A stretch of 63,839 nucleotides of DNA, counting the filler, from Folioceros fuciformis (Eukaryota): NCBI GenBank assembly GCA_049999805.1. It is 10 parts of 10 records of this genome, joined end to end, with 100 filler letters (N's around TTAATTAATTAA, not from the genome) between each part and the next. Parts side by side here need not be neighbours in the genome. Positions count along the whole stretch, not along the records: positions 1 to 6,827 come from JBNGIO010001875.1; positions 6,928 to 13,255 come from JBNGIO010001876.1; 8 more parts are not named here. The stretch is one strand, 5' to 3'. The notes beneath the pieces are model-generated. The model worked only from the letters and a program-made list of their open reading frames with translations, ran no database searches and was not told the origin of the DNA. Shown here in pieces: positions 1 through 11,219 of this stretch (the first letter of the stretch is position 1; each line of letters opens with the position of its first letter). The position numbers and the translations under genes are program-made.

Positions 1-2743
1 TCAAAGTTTGTTCTTGCAACTAGAAGGTCCGAGTTCAACTTATTGAACTTCTTCTTGAGCTCTAGATTTTCTTGCACTAGGCGATCTCGTTCCGCAATAC
101 AACTGGTATGATCGCTCTCTTGCAGCTGGAGCCTAGCGTTCACTTCAAGATTTTCTGTCCGAGCTTCTATCAAAGCCTTCTGCATTTCTGCCAGTCTGAT
201 GTCAAAGTCATCCTTCATTTGTTGCTGTTTCTTGTCATTTTCTTCAGCATCTAGCAGAGCTTTCTCTGCATCACATTTTGCTAAATCTAGGAGGTTTTGG
301 GCTTTCTGCCTATTGTTTTGTGCTGCATCCAGCTCTTGCCTTAGGTGCACAACGTTTTCTTCCAGTGAGGCCAACTTTTGCAAGGACTCGGACGACTTGT
401 TTTTGCCAATAAGATCTGACCACATGTTTCGGAGCTGAGCTATTTCAGCCATTATGCTTGAATCGTCCTCCCAAGCCTTTTTTTTTGGAATTGTCGGAAC
501 TCTTCTGACCTACCAAAGTAGAGGTTGAGTGAGGCTGACGTATACAGAGCATGGGTTCGTACTTCACGAAACCAGTTACAAGTCGCGCAGAGCAATCCAA
601 TGAATCGAAGGTGAGAAGTCAACTATGCCGCCATCGCACTGGAGGTCTCGTCAGAATAGAAGCATATGAAGAAGCCTCGCCTGATACGAAACAACTCTTC
701 CCCATGCAAGTATGTAACATCTTCGAGATAATTATTCTAGAGGTTGGCAGTCCCTGTGGTAAACTTAAAGCACAGTAGAGGAAACTCAAGAGTGAAATTA
801 AACCTTTTCAAAACACATTCCTCTAGATCCTTTAGCGCTTCTATAGCAGCATGGTTCTCCTTGTGAAATGTGTCATTTGCGTTGTGCAGCATTTCCCTTT
901 GAGTTTGGATTTCAAATCTTAGTTGCTTTTCCAATGCATCTTTGCTTGAAGCTTCGCGGAGCACTAACTCTTTCAGCATTAAGACTTCATTCTCTGCAAA
1001 ACTAATCAAAGCTTGTCATGCTGACACTCACTATTCTCTGCCGAGGATAGTCCCAATTGCCTACCAAACACCTTGCCAAAGTACTAAGCCTTAAACAAGC
1101 ATCCCAGGTGCTAGGTATGGCATCAAACATTGGTACTACTACGACTTTTGTTCACTTGCAGTTAGAGTAAATAGCAGCCGCATGTACTAGCTAGACGTCA
1201 TTGCGCCAGTACAGACACAAACTGCATCTTGAAAAGTAATACCAGAGAGCTGGGCACGCTGCAGATGTTCCAGCGAAGTTGCAGTGATTTTTTCCAGATC
1301 TGTCTGATACGAGGCCCACAAACTTTGAGCAACCCAGACTTTCACATTCTTCTCGGCAGCAAAAACCCATAGCATCCAGTCCACCTTCACCATGGCTCTC
1401 ACATACCTGTACCACACAAAGTGGAAACGCAACAGACTTCTCATCGTATAAAGGGATCAGATCAGAGGTCAAGCGTGAGGGAAACCGACCACATGAAACA
1501 CAGATTCAATCTAAAGAGTTGCAGTACCCTCCTTGGTCTCCCAGAGTGAAAAGAAGTTGATATTGAGAGCTGTCCCACACGTTCACCATGTGATCTTGTG
1601 AAGCACTCCAAACATGGGCTCCCATCGAAACGATACTGCACACTGGACCCTTATGTGCTCGAAGCTCCTTCCGGCAAGAGAGTTCTGCTATTCCCCAGAC
1701 TCTTATCGCTCCATCTTCGCTTCCACTCCACACCATGTCTTCGCCAACCCGGCACATGTAAAACACAGCCGCATCGCGGCCTGCCAAATGTAGCACTGAA
1801 ATTATGTACAATCGACTAGCATGCAGCTTTATGTCAATGAATCCATCACCGTTCCTGCAGATGGAGACATGCAACCACTTTCTTACCATTCATCAGCATG
1901 TGGGTGTCAGATATTTCATTGTTTCCCACGTCATCAGCATGTGATGTTATAGCAATACTAGACTCGTTTGAACAACTCCAGAGTTGCATCATGGGAGGGC
2001 AATTGGCTCCCGAAACCAATAGGAGATGCCTTACGAGCGTGTGGTGAAGGCCATACTGACCCAAAGGGCGTCCGCTGAGATCCCATTTTTTTATGTTGAA
2101 ATCAGCGCCCCCTGAGTAGATACCACCCTCAGCCATCAAGCATCAAACCTTGGAACAAACTGGAATGCTAGAGATAGAGACACAAATGAATCCGAACATG
2201 TACATAGTAATCACCAGACCAAACACATGCTGTCGCCACCGCAAAGCAATTTACTCCCCCAAGGTGAGCATGCCACATACTCCTCACTGTTTTGGTTTCC
2301 ACATCAACCGCAGCAATGTCACCACTAGCTATGCCAACCAAGATTTCATGCCCATTTGTGACCTTCTCCAGGACGTTAACTGCCGAAGTAAAATCTGCAA
2401 ACCTTTGTGAGCTTGCATCCTGCACAGGTAAGCAGCCGGCATGTGAGCACCTCATTTTTTTCCGCATAAGAGAGTCCGGATCTCAACTAATGTCTGGCGT
2501 GGTTATGACAGCTATAACCTTGAGGTTAGAATACACAGAATTGCGAAGTCAAAGGGGGAGAAAGCAGACCAAGCTGTTCCACTGCAAAACTAGTCCTTTG
2601 TTGTCACCAGTGAACAATAATCCCTTGACGGCACAACCGCATCGAACATGTTCTTGAAAGCTGCCGATGCATGAAACTGTCCCGAAAGACTTCTTGCCAT
2701 CAGTTGTTCGGACTAAATTCTTGTTCAAGATGTGTTCAGCCAT
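1..2743 (-). CDS. Multi-exon WD40-repeat protein with C-terminal coiled coil (3' end runs off window; start uncertain)
   Basis: Minus-strand exonic ORF pieces carry WD-like motifs: LFTGDNKGLVLQWN, WHAHLGGVNCFAV, IYSGGADFNIKKWD, VWSGSEDGAIRVWG, AHKGPVCSIV..VWSASQDHMVNVWD. They are followed by E/K/Q-rich helical segments (737-1009 and 1-510), with GT..AG introns between. Confidence 0.7.
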
Positions 2744-3639
2744 GTAACTAACTCACAGAGTGATCACAAATGTCCCTTACCGCGCAGGTTGTGAGGTTGT
2801 GAAGCGCTGGAGGTTAGAGGTCTCAACGCTTGAACCCCCAGGCCTGCTGCTAAGGATTCGTCCTCCACAAGTGGTACGGCCTTACCTGTCGTCGAGGACC
2901 GATGTGATCGCGAGGCCTGTTTCATCTTGATTCTTGTCGTCTACCCGGCTGACATTTGAGAAACAAACAATGTAACCCAAGGGACAATCGTTGAAAGGGT
3001 TCTTAAACCGATTGCAGGCGGTTACTACTCGGACCGCGATGCCGCATTCTTTTCGAGACAAGCACAATGCCGGTGAATTCCACCGGGCTCATTGCCAGCC
3101 CTGCTAGGCGCAAGAATAGATCAATCTAATGCCAACTGTAAGGCATCTCCGAGGCTATAGCATTGTCCACCTTTGAGCTGACCAGGAAGCGTGGGGCGGT
3201 CGCGGGCGCTCTAGGAGCCAAGCCATGGGCAGAACTCACGCTCGACAGCAGAAAACGACGCCTTACTACAAATTTCAGTAACAAGGCCGGCCATGCAGCA
3301 GGGGAAAGTCGCAATGAGAGCCAACATACAGCAAGAGGGCCCAGCACAATCTCCCTTGCATTCCCTATATCGAAGTTCGGCACTCTACAGTATGCAAGGA
3401 GTGGAAAGAGAATGATTTGTACTGAGTGGTAGCTACTACAGCTAGTAATAAAGTCAAGGGGTGGCTTCTAGAGAGTCGCCGACGGAAGATGTTGAAGCAG
3501 TGAACAAATGCATCATGATGCTCCGCCGAGCACTGGGCCCAGCAGAACCTTCGAAGACATCAACGCGAAGGCACTCTAATCCCACCGGCTAAACTACTTG
3601 CGGACGTCTCGTGTCCCACGAGGCCCAGTTAAGCGACCG

Positions 3640-5787
3640 ATGGACGACGGTTTCGACAAGGAGGGTGGCAAACCACTGACGGAAGGGAAAACAACAACTG
3701 ACAATAAAAGCATAGATGAAGATGAAGGCAGTATGAGGGGCAAATCAATCGAGACAGAAGAACTTTCGCTGCCGCTAGAGGTGAATTAATTCTAACATGA
3801 TTTAACGCAGTCCCTGAACTCAGTGTGATCACGCAGCTAATGCTTCATCTTCTTCATGAGTAGCGATTGGCAGCCATGCACGTTATAGCCTTCGGCAATC
3901 CCGGAGAAAAGACTAGTGTAATGCCTCCAGTTGACAACCTTTTGCAGGTTAGGCATTTGAACACCAACCAACTCTGACAAATGAAATGGCTGGTTGTTTT
4001 GGAAATTCTGACCTGCTTACGCTACAGGAAGCAACAGTGCAAACTGTTGACCTCAGAGCTGAAAACCAGGAGCTACAGAAGCGGGTCGTCTTGTACGCAA
4101 AGCGGAGGTCATCCATCAATGCGCAGCTATTTATGGAGGGACACGACACCGAGTATCAAGCTGTAAGCCTTGTCACCTGATTATTTGTGTTCACGGTGGC
4201 TTCTCGTTTATACAGGTTGCTGTAGCTTTCTAGATCATGTAACTGAGCAAGAGTAGAGGGCAATTTCGAATAGTCTAGAATCTATTGGCTCTAACCATGA
4301 AGGTATATTATGACAATTTTTCGTTATTCTATGGGGTAGAGCTTAATCGAGTGGGCAGAAACCAAATCTAAATTAGAGCACATGCGAGCGGATTATGAGC
4401 GTAGAACCGATGTCATGCGCGAGCAACTTGGAAAGAAAGAAATCGAGGCAGAAGAAGCCCAAGCAAACTTTCAAGCCTTAAAGTGGAAGGTGTTAGTGCT
4501 AGCGGACGGCATGCTTTGCCAATTTGTCTGGGCATTAATGTAGTAAAAAAACTCATTGACACTAACAACTACATGTGTTGTAATCAATACATGTGTTCAA
4601 ACTAACTTGAAATCTATATTTCGCACCAGGTTGCACGAGAAGCGGAGCACAGTGTTTATGGAAGGATGCTCTCGAGGTCAATGTTGGACAAGGTCTTCAA
4701 TGCCCGGACCCTATGCCATATCAGCAACCATTATTGGCCTGTAATTTTATTTTCTTCTTTTCTTGATTTCTAGAGTAGTACGTTTGCTAAATCTACCTTA
4801 CAAAGTGAGGGCTGTTCAATAATTGTTTCATGTATGAGGGGCCGTAGATGCATTTAGATGACAAGGAATTAGATTTGGAAAGGGAAGCAGCAAGAATCCA
4901 AGGAAGACAATTAAAGAGCCAACTTGCAAGGTTAGAACAAGCACTCAAGCGGAAAGATCAACTTCTAGGTGGCCTACACTTGGTGGACTATGAGCAGCTA
5001 AAAATGGAGAATGAGGTCATGACGGAGAAGGTTAGTTTTCATGCAGGATGTAGAAGAGCTGAAAGTTTCTAATCTTCCTTAACGGTTTGGTTTATGCTTT
5101 TCATGCCACTTAGCTCGCAACCAAAAATGAAGAGATCTCCAAGCTCAAGAAAAAGACCACATATGTTGTTCATGTCGTGACTCATCTAAGAGAGAAGTTG
5201 CAGCAAGTACAGAAAGATGTAGAGGTGATTTTTATATAGAATGACGTGGTCTCCTACAAAAGATGCCTATAAACTAAAGATGAGGTCTTACAATTGATTG
5301 CAGGTAGAATCTGAAGCACTAGAGGCAGTGGAAAGAGATTTGTTGAAAAGGCGTGGGGATTTGCAAGAAATTAATGCTCGTTGCACTGTCTTGCGATTGA
5401 AGAAATCTAGATTACAGGTGCTGATATTGATCATACTCTTCCTTGGTTGATGCATAGTACAAGTTCATTTGCAATAGCTCATTGTTGCAGAAGAATGTGG
5501 TAAATATCACAAACCCGATGTTGCTTGATGATTTGGAGCTTCATAAAGAGGAAGCTGAAGCTTTGGAGAAGAGAATTGGAGAATTGCAAAATCATTTCAA
5601 CCTATTGCAAATGCAAATCCATGAACAAACTGCTATTTTACGTGCTTACTCTCTTATTCCAAACATTATCCAGACGAGATCAGACCATGATGTAGGTAGA
5701 CAATCAAAGAGAATTGTAAAAGATTTTTTGAGATGGGGCGTTTATAGAAAGAGACCCATCACCAAGCACTGTCCATCAGCCTACTAG
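3640..5787 (+). CDS. CCDC96: CCDC96/CFAP184-like (DUF4201) cilium/basal-body coiled-coil protein, about 8 exons
   Basis: Exon 4848-5030 encodes GLHLVDYEQLKMENEVMTEK, then LATKNEEISKLKKKTT..VVTHLREKLQ, matching the CCDC96 signature. Other exons at about 3640-3780, 4028-4162, 4340-4489, 4630-4692, 5114-5224, 5304-5417 and 5491-5787 have GT/AG boundaries. The first exon is tentative. Confidence 0.8.
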
Positions 5788-5949
5788 TTTGGCTACTATT
5801 AGAAGTAATGAGTACAACATATCAAAATAATGAGTCTCCTATCATAACAACAAAGTATGCATGAAACATGCAACTTCTAAGACGAGTGATATGAGAACTC
5901 TGCTTGCAACTTAAAAGGTAGTTATTGAAGATAGGTAGAATCTAAAAGA

Positions 5950-6583
5950 GTAACATCATGAGCCTCAATATTGAAGGAGGCTTTGCCATTGAGCATAGAG
6001 AAGCGAGTGTGGTATGCAAGTTTGAGCTATGAGAACCATGTGATTGTATAGGCTAGTGTGTAGTCATCCTTCTCATGCCTAGTCTTGTTTTATTCTTAGT
6101 AAAGACTTTGTCCATACTTTTCTAACATGCTATTAAAGCCATGTTCAAGAGCCTTGTAGATGTCTCTTGTGTATGATAGTTTAGCAGTTGTGTTAAATCT
6201 TATTACATAGTTCTTAGCTTTGTGCTTGTAAGAAATTTTGTGCAATAGTAAATCTCGTAGTCTTGTGCTTGTGAGAGTTTGTATACAATTGTATAGCTCT
6301 AAACCCTAAGTTTGTGGGAGCTTGTGTACAATTGTGAAGTCCTTGATAGTATTCCTTCTATAACAAGAGAGTAAAGTGCTAAAATTGATTAGCAAGTGAG
6401 GTGAAATGATAGATGGTATCAATTAGCATTGAGACATGTATGGTGGAGAAATTTGGAGGCAAGAACTTCACATTGTGGAAGTTGAAGATGAAAATGCTTC
6501 TCATTGATAAAGGAGTTTGGAAATTTGTCAACAAGGACCTTGAAGACATTCCCACAAAAGCAAGCATGAATAAGGATGGATAA
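5950..6583 (+). mobile_element. Degenerate copia 5' region with truncated gag start
   Basis: ATG 6413 opens MVSISIETCMVEKFGGKNFTLWKLKMKMLLIDKGVWKFV, a copia gag N-terminal motif (EKFxGxNFxLWKxKM), with a stop at 6581. The upstream AT-rich sequence holds imperfect CTTGTG..CAATTGT repeats. Confidence 0.65.
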
Positions 6584-6827
6584 AACACCATAATATGGTA
6601 TGGGTTGGAATATGGTACAAGGTTCTTTCATTGCTAATATACTTATTGCACTCCTAGCGACGGAGTCCATGCCGTCGGTCGCACCCTCCGAGATAGAATG
6701 GCAAACTGGCCAAAGTGTGGGTTCTTGACTGCACTGGAGTGACAAGCGGACCAACCGGAGCGACAAGCGTCTGGAGGTTCCTTTAGATCGACAAACACGT
6801 CGTGCCAATTAGTTGACTCTGTTAAGG

Positions 6828-6927
6828 NNNNNNNNNNNNNNNNNNNNNNNNNNNNNNNNNNNNNNNNNNNNTTAATTAATTAANNNNNNNNNNNNNNNNN
6901 NNNNNNNNNNNNNNNNNNNNNNNNNNN
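6828..6927. other. Artificial contig spacer (N44-TTAATTAATTAA-N44). Identical spacers at 13256-13355, 15054-15153, 24790-24889, 27238-27337, 29855-29954, 53504-53603, 58646-58745, 61850-61949
   Basis: All nine are exactly 100 bp with a six-frame-stop linker in the middle. Confidence 0.98.
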
Positions 6928-7555
6928 CCCTCTGCTGTCCAACCAGGGGGGTTGATGATGACGTGCTCACAAATCGAATTCCTAGTGGGACCCGTAACAA
7001 CCACATCAGCAACACAAACCTGTTCTCCCCTAGTGAAGAAAAGGTCGGCTCTAAGTGAAACCCCATTGCACAAAGTATATGGACGCTCCCTATACGGAAG
7101 AAACCCACACTCCCTAGCCATTGAGAACATAATATCTCGAACTGCATCATGAGTGGCAATGCGGTGCGCCCCAACGAGACAACGTGCCAAATGGGACCCT
7201 GTATCGACAATGGCAACTCCACAACTGCATGTAGAGAGAGAAAAAGCCAAGGGGTGGGCCAAACCTAAGCGAAATCTCATCGCGGTGGCGAAAGTTGCTG
7301 GTGCGATTCGAAACGCCTGAATGCAAGATCGAGCTAAAAGCCAAGAGCCCGCTCCTTTACCTAAACAAGATCGAATAAGAGCTCGAGAAGACCTAGGGAT
7401 GGATGAGTCTAAAAGAAGGGCTCTTAATGCTTGGCCATATTGCTTTGCTTTTCTAGGAGGGAGGCTTGAAGACCCTTTAACCCTTCCCTAGAAAAGGAAG
7501 TGAAAGGAGGTAGAGCCTCACGAGCCTCCAAAGGTAAAGAATCCCTCGCATGAAT
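6928..7555 (-). mobile_element. CRE-like non-LTR retrotransposon fragment (post-RT region, zinc knuckle, restriction-like endonuclease)
   Basis: Encodes RSCLGKGAGSWLL...MRFRLG...CSC..HLARC...THDAVRD...RADL...ADVVVTGP, the CxC/HxxxC knuckle plus the RxD..D RLE layout. Homologous to the copy at 38.3-39.8 kb. Confidence 0.75.
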
Positions 7556-7749
7556 AAGATAGATGTATTAGTCTATCTATTAGCATTTATGATTTGTTGA
7601 CATCCACTAGGCTATTGTTACTGAAAGGAACCATATCGATTGCTATTCTACTGGGCTATTATATCGATAGTATTGATGTAACATGTTTAAGTATTAAGAG
7701 AGTTAAATACCAGTAATTTAAAGTAGGAAATGACTTAAGAGAACCATAT

Positions 7750-8199
7750 TTATGAAAAGAAGTCTCGATATATGAAATTGGTAGGTTGTAGATATAGGAC
7801 TCTCTGGGTAGTGCCATAGGAAATTGAGTACTCTATGGGAATTACATACTGCCCTCGATATATAAGTTTAAGTCTATTTTCCATTATGGTGTACATATTC
7901 ATGTCATCATTGACAATTGCTAAGGCTCTCAAAGCTTGGAACATGACTATCAGATTATTGTGGATTGTTAGGATGTTGCTTGGAATAAAGGTGTTTAGAA
8001 GCACACCATCACGATGTGTAGCAGCTTGAATTTCATCGCAACAAAAACGTGTACTTTCGTTATGGGCATCAAATGCAACTAGAACTTCTTGGATTGCTCC
8101 CATGAGTCTTGTAAGTTTAGCTATTTGTTTGGGAATAGAAGTTGCTTGGTTCATCATCTCTTGGTACATATCATTCTTGTACTGTGAATGGCAAAGCAT
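7750..8199 (-). CDS. Unknown intronless ORF A, copy 1 (149 aa)
   Basis: Aligns without gaps to 10300-10776 over about 120 aa with mostly conservative changes (DGVLLNTF[I/V]PSNILTIH; RALAIV..DMNMYT). Confidence 0.6.
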   Translation of the reverse strand: MLCHSQYKNDMYQEMMNQATSIPKQIAKLTRLMGAIQEVLVAFDAHNESTRFCCDEIQAATHRDGVLLNTFIPSNILTIHNNLIVMFQALRALAIVNDDMNMYTIMENRLKLIYRGQYVIPIEYSISYGTTQRVLYLQPTNFIYRDFFS

Positions 8200-8298
8200 G
8201 CACTGTAAAGGGTAAGTTCTCGGAACCCATCATCTCCATCATTGTTACAAGTACTTTGTTTAGAATTCATGAAGTTTGGTTGTGTTGGAGTTTAGTTT

Positions 8299-8805
8299 TT
8301 ATACCTTCAAGTTGATATGTCCATTGGAGGCTCTCTCATAGTATCGATGCAAGTGTCGTAAAAGACTGGAGATCAATATAGGATACTCTTCTACTTCTGG
8401 TTCTTCACCTCTTATGAGATGTGCATAGAGTTCTGAAAAGCAATTGACAATATTTTGTATGTCACTTACCTCCTCTTCCAACTTGGTAATCGTCATTTGG
8501 ATTTCATTTCTTTGAGATATGAGCGCATTCAAATAGTTGCGCTTAAGATTTAGATGATGTAATGGAGCATTATTATGATCCATGTACGTAGTCCAGCTTG
8601 GTTTTAGAATTAGGAAAGGATACATGATATTTGAGAAAATCAATTCAATTGAGTAGGATGTGGGCTGCAAATGAATGTAGTTCTCACAACAATGACCACA
8701 AAGATCACAACAAGGATCTAGCCCTTGAGCATGGAAGGCACTTTGCTTTGCAAAACATATATAGGCTAGAATAGAACTTATAGTAGCCAATGCACTGAAA
8801 TCCAA
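8299..8805 (-). CDS. Unknown intronless ORF B, copy 1 (likely core about 95 aa from MDHNN, coiled-coil-like)
   Basis: Homologous to 10932-11219 (NY.N.L.SQRN...I..L.E.V.DI.NI.N.F.E....IRGEE....NG.I). Confidence 0.5.
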   Translation of the reverse strand: MDFSALATISSILAYICFAKQSAFHAQGLDPCCDLCGHCCENYIHLQPTSYSIELIFSNIMYPFLILKPSWTTYMDHNNAPLHHLNLKRNYLNALISQRNEIQMTITKLEEEVSDIQNIVNCFSELYAHLIRGEEPEVEEYPILISSLLRHLHRYYERASNGHINLKV

Positions 8806-9300
8806 CTTAGGTTATAGAAAGCTTTTCAAAGCACTTGAGCCAACTTAAATTATGAGAAACCTTGTAGTAATCAACACATGTTGTCCAACTTAGGTTGTTA
8901 GGACAAGCCTTTTAAAGCACTTGAGCCAACTTAGATTATGTGGAACCCTATAGTAATCAACACAGGTTGTCCAATTTAGGTTGCTAGGACAAGCTTTCTA
9001 AAACACTTGAACCAAGTCAAAATATGAAGGTCCTTGTAATACCCAATATAATACATCTGCCCGTAGGTTAGCAATAGCTTTTCAATGGCCAAGAACCTAG
9101 TTCCACGTTAGATATGAAGAATATCGCCAAGGTTCTCTGCAACCTTACTAAAGAGCACAATGAACATAGCAACTACTTCATCAAACTTAGGTTCGGATAG
9201 CTTGGTGGCCAAGCATTTGATCAGGCTTAGAAAATGAAAGAATATCACTTAGTGCCCATGAGCCTTGCTAGATAACACATGAACTTAGCTCAACCTAAGT
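8801..9300. repeat. Degenerate ~83-86 bp tandem repeat (core TCCAACTTAGGTT...AAGC(C/T)TTT..AAAGCACTTGAGCCAACTTA)
   Basis: Clear unit starts at 8801, 8884 and 8970, with weaker copies near 9060 and 9185. An equivalent block lies at about 11430-11800. Confidence 0.8.
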
Positions 9301-10299
9301 TTGGAAGAATCTTACAAACAATGCAAGGGTACTTAACTCAACTTTGTTGAGCTTGTCCTTCTTTCTATAGTAACTCCATATCCACATTGCAAAGAGCATA
9401 TTCTTTCCCTTGGCAACAAGTTGTGGGTCAAAATAGTGTAAGGATTATTTCACAATAGCCTACGACATTGATCAACGCTATCCTTCAAAATAGTCTCAGG
9501 ATTCCTTGACAATAACCCACAACATAGATCAATGCTATCATGACAATAGCATAGATATTGATTTGCGTGACTATTCCTTCCAGTGACAACAAGTTATAAG
9601 ACAACAATAGGTTAGTGGATGACAATAGACTAGTAGATAGTAATATATAGTCTAGTAGATCCGTTGTATTGACAACAAAAGGTTAGTAAATTTTAGAAAA
9701 TATTAGTTACTTAGTTTAAGTTATGTAGTACTTGTTATGTATACGGTTTGATGACTCAAAGACTTCGTTGAAAAATAACATGGAAAAACCCCATTTTCCT
9801 CAAAAAAGGGCAAATAATGCACAACGGTAACTGGATTGAAAGAGAATAGCCCCCCAAGGCTACTAAACCCTAAACCAAGACAACTTCGGCAAGCCTAGTT
9901 AAGTGGTGCCACTAAAGTAAGGAGACATGACAAAAGTGATTATCGAGCCTAAGGGGATATTGTTTATTTGAATTGTCCTCCAAGTTATATGTTGCGAATG
10001 CATATCTTGCTTTAGCAGTGGTTTCTTGCACTTCAATGACATGTGGTGATTGTTGTAGGGGGCTACTCTCAATTGGTGCACTATTATGTTAGAGGCATGT
10101 ATCAAAAATGTATATTAGTTGTTTCTTATTATTCAATAATTATAATATACATTGATGAATACCACACTTAGCAAAAAGTACTATTTTGTCTGAAGAAGTT
10201 TTAAGGTATTAAAAATCAGCAATTAATTATTAACATATATAAGTACTTAAGGACTTAAATGCTAACAATCATTTAAAGCACGAACAACACTTAGAAGAA

Positions 10300-10776
10300 C
10301 TATGTTAATAACAAGAAGCCTGGATGTATAATCTTGCCAGGTTGTAGATTTAGGACTCTCATGGCAGACCCATAGGGAATTGAATACAATATGGGTATTG
10401 AATATAGCCCTCTATTTATCATTTGAAGATGATTGTTCATTAGAGTGTACATATTCATATCTCGCTTAACGATTGCTAAGGCTCTAAAGGCTTTAAACAA
10501 AACTACCAGATGACAGTGGATTGTGAGGATATTACTTGGAACAAAGGTGTTTAGAAGCACACCGTCTTGAAGTATAGCAACTTCCATTTCGTTCAAACAA
10601 ACAAGTTTATCTTCTTCATGAGCATCTAGGGCAGCTAGAAAGTTTTGGAGTGCATGCATAATTTGAGTAAGTTTAACTAATAATCCTTGGCTAGAAGCTT
10701 TTCTTTTTATTAGCTCCAAATAAATGTCCAACTCCAAATATGCTTTATTATGGTCCTGTGAAGACAAATTGGGCAT
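10300..10776 (-). CDS. Unknown intronless ORF A, copy 2 (158 aa)
   Basis: Paralog of 7750-8199 with the frame intact. Confidence 0.6.
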   Translation of the reverse strand: MPNLSSQDHNKAYLELDIYLELIKRKASSQGLLVKLTQIMHALQNFLAALDAHEEDKLVCLNEMEVAILQDGVLLNTFVPSNILTIHCHLVVLFKAFRALAIVKRDMNMYTLMNNHLQMINRGLYSIPILYSIPYGSAMRVLNLQPGKIIHPGFLLLT

Positions 10777-10931
10777 AGAACAAGGTTAGGTACAGCCAAG
10801 CAAATGAATATGTTCTTCATGAGTTATAACATGTTAAAAGTTATGGTTCATGTTAGCCATAGAGAAATAGTTATCTCTCTATCATTGTTATAAGTACTTT
10901 GTTTTGAATTCATGAAGTTGGGCTTTAGTTC

Positions 10932-11219
10932 TTATACCTCCTCAATCTGTCCATTTCGGACTGTGTCAAAGTATTGAAACAAGTATAGACCTAGAGAGGA
11001 GAGTTGTGGACGACATGGTCTTGATTTCATTTCTTCACCTCTAATGACAAGGTCATCAACTTCAAAAAAGTAGTTCATAATATTCTTTATGTCATTTACC
11101 TTCTCTTTTAGGTAGAGAATGTTGCAATCCATTTTATTTCTTTGAGATTTGAGCCTGTTCACATAATTGTGATTAATATTGATCTGTAGATCTGTAAAAG
11201 CATGACCATCCATTTGCAT
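10932..11219 (-). CDS. Unknown intronless ORF B, copy 2 (95 aa)
   Basis: Paralog of the C-terminal part of 8299-8805. Confidence 0.5.
   Translation of the reverse strand: MQMDGHAFTDLQININHNYVNRLKSQRNKMDCNILYLKEKVNDIKNIMNYFFEVDDLVIRGEEMKSRPCRPQLSSLGLYLFQYFDTVRNGQIEEV

Noticed and set aside
2745-2890. Apparent 33-39 nt micro-introns upstream of the WD40 ORF
   Set aside because: GTAAG...TAG pairs are visible on the minus strand but cannot be validated without transcripts.
6872-6883. Recurrent TTAATTAATTAA palindrome as a biological motif
   Set aside because: It is always centred in an exactly 100-bp N block, so it is an artificial six-frame-stop linker. ORFs running into the X tracts are artefacts.
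8801-9300. CRISPR-like array
   Set aside because: Whole units are homologous, with no unique spacers and no cas genes, and the context is eukaryotic.
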